From Cyanophora paradoxa CCMP329 (Eukaryota > Plantae > Glaucophyta): a stretch of 64,000 nucleotides of DNA. Position numbers and translations under genes: made by a program. The notes beneath the pieces are model-generated. The model was not told the origin of the DNA and did not search any database. It was given only the letters and a program-made list of their open reading frames with translations. The stretch is from NCBI GenBank assembly GCA_004431415.1, contig QPMI01000068.1, positions 135,786 to 199,785 on the forward strand, written 5' to 3'. This document shows, in pieces, positions 21,921-31,100 of this stretch (within the stretch, counting starts at the first letter, position 1; each line of letters begins with the position of its first letter).

Positions 21921-22831
21921 ATGATTCGTCTTATCAATGTCGATAGTAGAGATCGACAACAAGGACAAAAAGAAAACTCTTATAGGGTTGCACTCACAAG
22001 ACCAATAACCAAACCACGGCAATGTCGCGTTTTGTATGCTGAGATTCCGAACAGTATATATAATTCAATAGGAACCGATTATATAACGATTCGTTATAAT
22101 ATCGATGGTGTTTATATAAATCAGCAACTGTTTCCATTACCGAGTGGTTACATAAATCAAGGACACTTTGGCGTGACACAACCATATAATTATGGTTTGA
22201 ACTTTGCGGTTACTGAGAATATATTATTTAAGATCTACTACAATCCGACGACATACAAATTAGAGTTTTATAGTAATTTCGCTTTTGAACTCATCGCCGG
22301 AAATAATAGGATAGCTAAGTTATTGGGTCTCAGTGCAACAACATTATTAGGTAGCGCAGGACAGATAATAGATAATAATAGGTCTTTATATGCTCCCGAA
22401 AATATCTTATTTTACGCGGGGACTCCGATAACACCAGATCACCCACAGTGGGGGATAACATTCGAGGGAGCGGAGTTAGTAGCGGCACCGATGGCTTTTA
22501 AAGCGGTTAGTCCAAAGATGGCGGACATGAACGCTGAACAATACATTTATATGCACATTAAAGAAATTGCCACATTTGCTTCGAACCATCATGTAGTTCC
22601 GAAATCGCAACCACAGAACCAAGGCGCAATTTTGCGTTTACAATTAAGTCAGGACATCGGAAAGTATATATACCATAGCGGAGAGCATGGCGAATACATA
22701 AAATAAACGATCGTAATTTGGTGATTAATGAGTTAACGGTAGAATTTCGTGATTATTACGGTGATCTTGTTGATATGAACGGAATCGATAATTCGTTTGA
22801 GTTGGAGTTTTTAGCGTTAGGTATTGATTAG
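21921..22831 (+). CDS. Minor capsid-like protein B, second full copy (1-nt A-run deletion near 22700)
   Basis: Copy of 14430-15341. Confidence 0.75.
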
Positions 22832-23535
22832 TCTTCTTTGTCATCGGTGAATGGGTCATGATCACCGAATATATCCACAAGTATTATATTATTATCATTT
22901 AGATCGGCTATATACCATCCTGTTTCTTTTGTCCAAATTGCACCATGTTTATGTAGCAATTTACGGAGACTTTTACGGCTTCTGATGACTAAACCGAATT
23001 CTTCGAATTTATCATGAACACTTGAAAGATCACGTTTAGGCACGTTTAGATAAACCCGACGGTCTAACTTTTCTCTTTCCAGCCGATGTGCAATATAATC
23101 AATTTCATGCCTTACACGAACCAGAAGAAAACATAATTCGTTTTGTAGCTCGATTTCATCATTGAAAACCTCCGTTAAATCCAAGATTTTGCGATAATGT
23201 GCAATGTTAACCCTTTCATCCTCTTCTATTTCATCATCATCCATACGACAAAACCTATTATCATAGGTATGAACATATACTTCTTTGGTATTTGACGGAT
23301 AGTAACCAATAGATGAGATATGAGTAAGTTTAAGATCATCACCGAATCCATGCCGTCCGACTTGAATAGCATGACTAACTATATGCATTTGATCAAGATG
23401 AAACTTATCTATTTTAAGAATTTCTGAAAAAGCCGGGTTTCCTTCTATTTTAATATCGAAAACACGCCCTCTTATGTCATCAGCATCTCTAATAATACGT
23501 CTCGTTCCATCAGGTGCAATTTCGACGCGAGCCAT
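22828..23535 (-). CDS. Hypothetical 235-aa protein, copy 2
   Basis: Protein identical to 15338-16045. Confidence 0.7.
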   Translation of the reverse strand: MARVEIAPDGTRRIIRDADDIRGRVFDIKIEGNPAFSEILKIDKFHLDQMHIVSHAIQVGRHGFGDDLKLTHISSIGYYPSNTKEVYVHTYDNRFCRMDDDEIEEDERVNIAHYRKILDLTEVFNDEIELQNELCFLLVRVRHEIDYIAHRLEREKLDRRVYLNVPKRDLSSVHDKFEEFGLVIRSRKSLRKLLHKHGAIWTKETGWYIADLNDNNIILVDIFGDHDPFTDDKED

Positions 23536-23979
23536 CGTTACTTATCTCTTACACAGAAAATATTTTTCTTTCTTAACCCTCTATATCACAACTTCCTTAA
23601 ATCAATTTGTGTAGCTCACGGGGCTTTCATTTTTCGCACGATATACAGTGAGACTTTCATTTTTACTGTCGATAAAATCAGGTTACCTGAGTGTTAAACG
23701 TCAAGGTTTTCGCAAAATATGAAAAAGTTAACGATAGAACAGACAGTAAAACAGGTTGCTGTAAGTGTTTATTGATGAACAACAAAACAATTATTTGTAA
23801 ATACTCAATAAACTGATTTACTGTTATATTTAAAGATCTCTTCTTGTAGCGGAGCGAAAGAAATGTAATATATCATCGTTAATAGAAGAGAGGATAATAG
23901 GTATCTTTGGTGGATCTCCACATACGGAGAGACATAAAGTATCGAGATTTCCGACACGGTAATAAGTGGTAAAAGAAGA

Positions 23980-24104
23980 TGTAACAGGTTAATTAATTGT
24001 GATTCAGTGTAGTGTAACAGGTGTAACAGGTTCTCCCCAAAGTTCCAAGCCGCCGACCTCCTCCTAGGGGAAAGTTTGGGATGAACCCGTTACACCTGTT
24101 ACAC
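23980..24104. repeat. Second, inverted copy of the iteron/hairpin element
   Basis: 24012-24104 is the reverse complement of 1840-1932; extra TGTAACAGG at 23980; imperfect similarity continues to ~24150. Confidence 0.9.
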
Positions 24105-24435
24105 TAACCATTTTCAGTAAGAACCCAATAAAATAACATAATATCAGTCATAAATAATCATATAATATCATCAAGTATCATATAGTATCTTTCTTATAAT
24201 ATACACTCCGCTTCCCACGCAGCACATTGTAGTTGTTTACGTTATAATGCGGCGCCATATCAGCTCCATATTATCCTCGCATTATATCCAAAAGAACATT
24301 TTATTATTTTTCGACGGAATTCCGTTAGAATTTCATACATATTTCTTTTGATACATTTTACATATTTTACATATTTTCAATCACAATACATACACATATT
24401 ATTTCCATATCATTATACACGATAATGCGTAATAT

Positions 24436-24733
24436 CACACATAGACAATGCCCGCGTTTTATCAGGAGGCGTGATATAATTTATCTAAGTTTAAAATCCA
24501 CCTCAAATACAAATGATTACGAGAGATAGAGGTAAAAGACATCGGAGATACGAGTAAATTAAGTTTAAGTAAGGGTTTGATTAGGATTATATATAAAATA
24601 CGCACATAAAAGACAAGAATAAAGGATAAAATACACATAAATATCGTTAAATATGCAAGAAATATAGGTAAAATATAAACAAATTATAATTAAACTTAGC
24701 CGAGGGATAAAACGCGGGCATTGTCTATGTGTG
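24436..24733. repeat. Perfect 28-bp inverted repeat (24436-24463 / 24706-24733) enclosing 242 bp at the right end of the viral element
   Basis: CACACATAGACAATGCCCGCGTTTTATC vs GATAAAACGCGGGCATTGTCTATGTGTG; AT-rich composition ends at 24733. Confidence 0.9.
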
Positions 24734-24751
24734 GTACCTGTGCATGTGCAG

Positions 24752-24979
24752 GAGGACGACGAGAAGGAGGTCGAGGAGGAGGAGGATATCGATGACGAAT
24801 AGGATGTATCTTAGTCATTTGGGGGCCCTAGGCCTCTTACGTGCAGGGGGGCGCCTCCTTTCTGTCATTTTGTTAGGGTTCTCCAGTACCTGCGGAACTC
24901 CGTGCGGAACGTGCGGAGCTCCGGATCAGTTCCGGTTCCGGGTGGTCTGCCCGGAACTCCGTACGGAGCGGCAACCCTA
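24752..24979 (+). mobile_element. Possible 3' end of a hAT-type DNA transposon (acidic last exon EDDEKEVEEEEDIDDE* plus terminal ...GGCAACCCTA)
   Basis: GTGCAG acceptor at 24746-24751; stop at 24800-24802; CGGAAC/CGGAGC subterminal repeats; end reads TAGGGTTGCC on the minus strand. Confidence 0.35.
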
Positions 24980-25083
24980 GCGGCCGGTTGTCACGTGCAC
25001 AGTGTGGGGCTGCTGGGGCACTGTGGGCCCAGTGTGGGGCCAGTGTGGGCATGCGTGCGCTCACTGCTCAGCTGCGCTGCGCA

Positions 25084-25209
25084 TGCGCGTTCACGTGGCA
25101 GCCCACTGGCAGGCGCCGCCAGGCGGTGACAGCGGTGTTTTACTACTGGTCCGAACTCAAAGTGCCAATTGAGTATGAGGTCCGGAGTTTGAATAGGGGC
25201 TCCGTCGCG
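25084..25209. repeat. 126-bp direct repeat, partner at 37121-37246
   Basis: TGCGCGTTCAC...CTACTGGTCCG.ACTCAAAGTGCCAATTGAGTATGAGG...GGGGCTCCGTCGCG with a few mismatches. Confidence 0.9.
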
Positions 25210-26255
25210 TACCGTGGACTCCGTAGTACGCTACTGGTACGTACCCGGTATACTAGGCTAGTACGGGGCCTCTATAGCTACAGCCACGGCTGCTGAGCCG
25301 CCTACAGGCAGCTTCGGGATTTGCGCTCTCAATGCGTAAATCGAGTTTTGCGCCGACGGAATGCGAACAAAGAAGACCGTAGCCGAGCGCCAGGCACGAA
25401 AGAGCTGAGCGACTCGCTAGCCGCGGAAGCGGCGCGAGGCGAGCACGGGATTAGCAGCAGGCTGCTGCGAGCGCCCCTCAAGGGACTAGCTGAGCTAGCC
25501 GTTGGGCCGAGCCAGCGGGCTTGAAGCCGCCGAGCTCCGGGGGGTACGCTGATTCGGGGTTTCCCTTCACGCCCAGCTTCGCTCGCGGCCGCCCCAGGCC
25601 ACGAAGCGACCAGCGGCGAAGCGAAATCGCCACAGCCAGCACTGCAGTCACTCCTAAGCAGCCCTGTCGGACCGGCGGCCGCACTTCTCGGCCGTCCCTC
25701 CAATTGCACAGAGCTGACCAACTCTGCAGCACCACGGCTCGCCATAGCTGCAGTGGAGCGCGATCCCGCGGCAGCAACTGCGCATGCCTCGATGGCTGGC
25801 CGGCGCAAACCCTGTTCCCAGCGATCCTCCCGGAATCGGCCTCGGGCCCCGATTCACGCTTGAATCTGGTTCCTTACTGCCGTGCCGGTACGTGGATTCA
25901 CGTCCGGGCCCGCCCGCCACGCTCGCATTCCGCGCGCGCTGGCTATCCCGGGGGCCCACCGTCAGTCCGCGGCCGCCGGCTTGCCTATACACTCTATATA
26001 AGCGTGTATTGAGACCCGCCGCGCGATTCCTCCGGTTCCCTGACCAATTCCTGCACGCATGCTCCGGAGCTCCTCGGCGCTCGCACCGGACGTCGACACC
26101 GCCGCTGTGCCACGCCGGCGGAGCTCGCGCAGGACTGCCCCGGCCTGCTGGCGCGCGCGCTGCAGACCCACCGCGAAGTCGGGGCTTGGATCGTGCCTTA
26201 CGCGTGATCCACCGACGGACGGTGCCCAGCCGCTCGCGCGGCTCGGGGAGGCGAC

Positions 26256-27560
26256 GGAGTACTAGTACGGCTCTCGCGTGCGCCTCGCGCTGTGGGACGG
26301 CCCGCGTGCGCCTCGCGCTGTGGTCCCTGTACTCGGAGTTCGGAGGCCGCGCGCGACTCGCTGTGGCCCGATCCCCCCGGCGGATTCCGGCCGCGACCGC
26401 GGCCGGCGAACTTCCACCAGGAGCACGGATCTCGCGAGCGCCTCGCTGTGAGATGGGCCCGCGTGCGTTCGTCGCTGTGGGCCCCCGTGCAAGGAGTTCC
26501 GGGGCCGCGTGCGCCCCGCTGTGGCCCCAGACCGCTTCAGCGGCACCGGCCGCTCCCGCGGCCGCGAACTCCCAACCTGGCCTTCGAATTCGACTCCCGC
26601 GTGCGCCTCGCGCTGCGGGACGGCCCGCGTGCGCCTCGCGCTGTGGGCCCCCTACTCGGAGTTCGGAGGCCGCGCGCGACTCTCGCTGCGGCCCGCTCCG
26701 CCCCCGGCGGACCCCGGCCGCGCCCGCGGCCGGCGAACTTCGACCAGGAGCACGGGTCTCGCGAGCGCCTCGCTGTGAGATGGGCCCGCGAGCGTTCGTC
26801 GCCGTGGGCCCCCGTGCGCGGAGCTCCGGGCCGGGGCCGCGTGCGTCTCGCTGTGGCCCCAGAGCTTCACCCCGGAGTACGGCTCTCGCGTGCGCCTCGA
26901 TCGCTGCGGGACAGCCCGCGAGCGTGCGCGCTGTGGGCCCTGTACATATATATATATACTCGGAGTTCGGAGGCCGCGCGCGACTCTCGCTGTGGCCCGA
27001 TCCGCCCCGGCGGATCCCGGCCGCACCCGCGGCCGGCGAGCTTCCACCAGGAGCACGGATCTCGCGAGCGCCTCGCTGTGAGATGGGCCCGCGAGCGTTC
27101 GTCGCTGTGGACCCCCGTGCGCGGAGCTCCGGGGCCGCGTGCGTCTCGCTGTGGCCCCAGATCTAGAGCTTCACCCCGGAGTACGGCTCTCGCGTGCGCC
27201 TCGCCCGCTGCGAGACGGCCCGCGAGCGTGCGCGCTGTGGGCCCTGTACTCGGGTTCGGAGGCCGCGCGCGACTCTCGCTAGCGCTGTGGCCCGATCCGC
27301 CCCGGCGGATTCCGGCCGCACCCGCGGCCGGCGAACTTCCACCAGGAGCACGGATCTCGCGAGCGCCTCGCTGTGAGATGGGCCCGCGAGCGTTCGTCGC
27401 TGTGGACCCCCGTGCGCGGAGTTCCGGGGCCGCGTGCGTCGCGCTGTGGCCCCAGAGCTTCACGCCGGAGTACGGACCTCGCGTGCGCCCCGCTGCGAGA
27501 CGGCCCGCGAGCGTGCGCGCTGCGGGCCCCGGACTCGGAGTGCGTTACGCTGCGGACTAT
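26256..27560. repeat. GC-rich tandem repeat 1, ~290-330-bp units (~4.3 copies) built from shorter CGCGTGCGCCTCGCGCTGTGGGCC-like subunits
   Basis: CCAGGAGCACGG(A/G)TCTCGCGAGCGCCTCGCTGTGAGATGGGCCC recurs near 26416, 26744, 27047 and 27342. Confidence 0.9.
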
Positions 27561-28189
27561 AGCTACGACTCTCGCTGGCACGCGCGCTGCGAGTATTAGT
27601 CGGCCCGCTGGCGCGTCTCGAGCTCGCTGCGGACTAGCCGCTAGCGCTAGCGCTGCTGGCGCGACCGCTACAGCCTCGCGATCGATCGCGATCGCAGAGT
27701 GTTTTGTTTGTTTTTGGTCAATTCTAGTCGATTCAAGGATTGACTCGACCTTAAAACAAAAACAAAAACAAAAAACAAAAAACAACGGACGTACCCGTTG
27801 TACCGGCCGGACTCCGGACTCCGGAGCCGCCGGACCCGCGGTCCCGCGCCGCGCGGTCTCACTGCCGCAGTGCCAGGCCGCTGACTCAGTGAGGCGGGCA
27901 CTTCCGGGGGATCCGCTGCCGCAGTGCCGCCGCTGCGGCGCCGCACGGCATGCGCAGTCTGCAGTGGCAGTACAGCCGCAGTGCCGCAGTGCGAGCTCGA
28001 GTCGGCCGGCGCCCGCAGCTGCAGCTGCCAGGCTGGCGCTTCCGCTACCGCAGTGCTGCCGCTGCCCCAGTGGCGCGTTACGCTGCGGACTACGGTCCCC
28101 GCTTGCGCTCTAGATTTCGCTGCGAGTCGGCCTGCTGGCGACCTTCCGCGCATCCGCGCCGCACCCTTGCGCAACCCGGGCCCCCGCAC

Positions 28190-31100
28190 CGCAGCTCGGC
28201 TCGCCGCCGCCGCCGGACCTGCCTGCGCAGGGCGGGCCGGCCGCTGGCCCGCCTGCGGCACTCCCCGGCTGGAGCCCAGGGCTCCACCTCCGTCCCGAGG
28301 TCCGAAAACGACCTCGCGCGGCCCCGCACCGCCGCGCCACCCGCCGCCGCCGCCTGACCTGCTTGCGCAGGGCGGGCCGGCCGCTGGCTCGCACGCAGCG
28401 CTCCCCGGCTGGAGCCCAGGGCTCCGCCTCCGCCCGAGGTCCGTCACGACCTTGCGCGGCCCCCGCGCCGCCGCTCGACCCGCCGCCGCCGCCTGACCTG
28501 CTTACGCAGGGCGGGCCGGCCGCTGGCTCGCCTGCCGCGCTCTCCGGCTGGAGCCTTGGTCTCCACCTCCGCCCGAGGTCCGTCACGGCCTCGCGCGGCC
28601 CCGCGCCGCCGCTCGACCCGCCACCGTGGCACCGCCGCCTGACCTGCTTGCACAGGGCGGGCCGACCGCTGGCGCGCCTGCGACGCTCCCCGGCTGGAGC
28701 CCAGGGCTCCACCTCCGCCCCGAGGTCCGAAAACGACCTCGCACGACCCCGCACCGCCGCGCCACCCGCCGCCGCCGCCTGACCTGCTTGCGCAGGGCGG
28801 GCCGACCGCTGGCTCGCCTGCGGCGCTCTCCGGCTGGAGCCCAGGGCTCCGCCTCCGCCCCGAGGGCGGGCCGGCCGCTGGCTCGCCTGCCGCGCTCTCC
28901 GGCTGGAGCCCTTGGGCTCCACCTCCGCCCCGAGGCCCGTCACGGCCTCGCGCGGCCCCCGCACCGCCGCTCAACCCGCCACCGTGGCACCGCCGCCTGT
29001 CCTGCTTGCGCAGGGCGGGCCGACCGCTGGCTCGCCTGCGGCGCTCCCCGGCTGGAGCCCCGGGCCCCGCCCCCGCCCCGAGGTCCGAAAACGACCTTGC
29101 GCGGCCCCACGCCCGCGCTCGACCCGCCGCCGCCGCATAACCTGCTTGCGTAGGGCGGGCCGGCCGCTGGCTCGCCTACCGCGCTCTCCGGCGGGAGCCC
29201 AGGGCTCCACCTCCGCCCCGAGGTCCGTCACGGCCTCGCACGGCCCCGCGCCGCCGCTCGACCCGCCGCCGCCGCCTGACCTGCTTGCGCAGGGCGGGCC
29301 GGCCGCTGGCCCGCCTGCGGCGCTCTCCGGCTGGAGCCTTGGGCTTCACCTCCGCCCCGAGGTCCGTCACGGCCTCGCGCGGCCCCGCACCGCCGCTCGA
29401 CTCGCCGCCGCCGCCGGACCTGCTTACGCAGGGCGGGCCGGCCGCTGGCTCGCATGCGGCGCTCTCGGGCTGGAGCCCTTGGGCCCCACCTCCGCCCCGA
29501 GGTCCGTCACAGCCTCGCGCGGCCCCGCGCCGCCGCGCGACCTGCCGCCGCCGCCTGACCTGCTTGCGCAGGGCGGGCCGACCGCTGGCTCGCCTGCGAC
29601 ATTCGCCGGTTGGAGCCCTTGGGCCCCACCTCCACCCCGAGGTCTGAAGCGGCCTCGCGCGACCCCGCGCCGCCGCTCGACACACCGCTGCCGCCTGACC
29701 TGCTTGCGCAGGCCAGGCCGGCCGCTGGCTCGCCTGCCGCGCTCTCCGGCTGGAGCCCAGGGCTCCACCTCCGCCCCGAGGTCCGTCACGGCCTCGCGCG
29801 GCCCCGCGCTGCCGCTCGACCCGCCGCCGCCGCATAACCTGCTTGCGCAGGGCGGGCCGACCGCTGGCTCGCATGCAGCCCTCCCCGGCCGGAGCCTTGG
29901 TCTCCACCGCCGCCCCGAGGTCCGTCACGGCCTAGCGCGGCCCCGCGCCGCCGCTCGACCCTCCGCCGCCGCATAACCTGCTTGCGCAGGGCGGGCCGAC
30001 CGCTGGCTCGCCTGCGGCGCTCCCCGGCTGGAGCCCAGGGCTCCGCCTCCGCCCCGAGGTACGTCACGGCTTCGCGAGGCCCCGCGCTGCCGCTCGACAC
30101 GCCGCCGCCGCCTGACCTGCTTGCGCAGGGCGGGCCGGCCGCTGGCTCGCACGCAGCACTCTCCGGCTGGAGCCCAGGGCTCCACCTCCGCCCCGAGGTC
30201 CGTCACGGCCTCGCGCGGCCCCGCGCTGCTGCTCGACCCGCCGCCACCGCATAACCTGCTTGCGCAGGGCGGGCCGACCGCCGTCTCGCCTGCGGTACTC
30301 TCCGGCTGGGGCCCAGGGCCCGCCCCCGCCCCGAGGTCCGTCACGGCCTTGCGCGGCCCCCGTGCCGCCGCTCGACCCGCCGCCGCCGCCTGACCTGCTT
30401 GCGCAGGGCGGGCCGGCCGCTGGCTCGCACGCCGCGCTCTTCAGCTGGAGCCCAGGGCTCCACCGCTACCCCGAGGTCCGTCACGGCCTAGCGCGGCCCC
30501 GCGCTGCAGCTCGGCGTACCGCCACTGCCTGACCTGCCTGCACAGGGCGGGCCGGCCGCTGGCTCGCCTGCCGCGCTCTCCGGTTGGGGCCCAGAGCTCC
30601 ACTTCCGCCCCGAGGTCCATCACGGCCTCGCGCAGCCCCGCGCTGCCGCTCGACCCGCCGCCGCCGCATCACCTGCTGGCGCAGGGCGGGCTGGCCGCTG
30701 GCTCGCACGCAGCGCTCCCCGGCTGAGCCCAGGGCTCCACCTCCGCCCCGAGGTCCGTCTCGGCCCCGCGCGGCTTCGGGCTGCCGCTCGACCCACCGCC
30801 GCCGCATAACCTGCTGGCGCGGGGCTGGCCGGCCGCTGGCTCGCATGCAGCGCTCCCCGGCTGGAACCCAAGGCCCCACCTCCGCCCCGAGGTCCGTCAC
30901 GGCCTCGCGCAGCCCCGCGCGGCCGCTCGACCCGCCGCCGCCGCGTAACCTGCTTGCGCAGGGCGGGCCGGCCGCTGGCTCGCACACAGCGCTCCCCGGC
31001 TGGAGCCCAGGGCTCCACCTCCGCCCCGAGGTCCATCACGGCCTCGTGCTGCCCCGCACTGCCGCTCGACCAGCCGCCGCCGCAAAACCTGCTTGCGCAG

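Larger units (their letters stand above)
9111..24084. repeat. Tandem duplication 2, period ~7487-7491 bp (9111-16594 / 16598-24084), with a 3-nt CAT filler at 16595-16597
   Basis: At 16594 the iteron element (..GGGATGA) is joined via CAT to TACTTTGACC (=9111). The second copy reproduces the duplication-1 junction at 17388. Confidence 0.95.
1..24733. mobile_element. Endogenous Polinton-like virus / virophage-like element (left end outside window), with internal nested tandem duplications
   Basis: AT-rich, intronless, gene-dense block with pPolB-like, primase-SF3 helicase, A32-like ATPase, MCP-like and minor-capsid-like genes; abrupt switch to GC-rich DNA after 24733. No integrase or maturation protease seen within the window. 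Confidence 0.92.

Noticed and set aside
5400-22710. Frameshifts in MCP, ATPase, 243-aa, 82-aa and minor capsid B copies read as pseudogenisation or programmed frameshifting
   Set aside because: Every case is a 1-nt deletion in a homopolymer, with an intact sibling copy; this is typical long-read consensus error and cannot be called biological without reads.
24874-24979. Stand-alone 106-bp MITE (TAGGGTT...AACCCTA) or telomeric TTAGGG seed
   Set aside because: Only a 7-bp inverted match, flanks show no TSD, and there is a single TTAGGG; better explained as the end of a larger hAT-like element.
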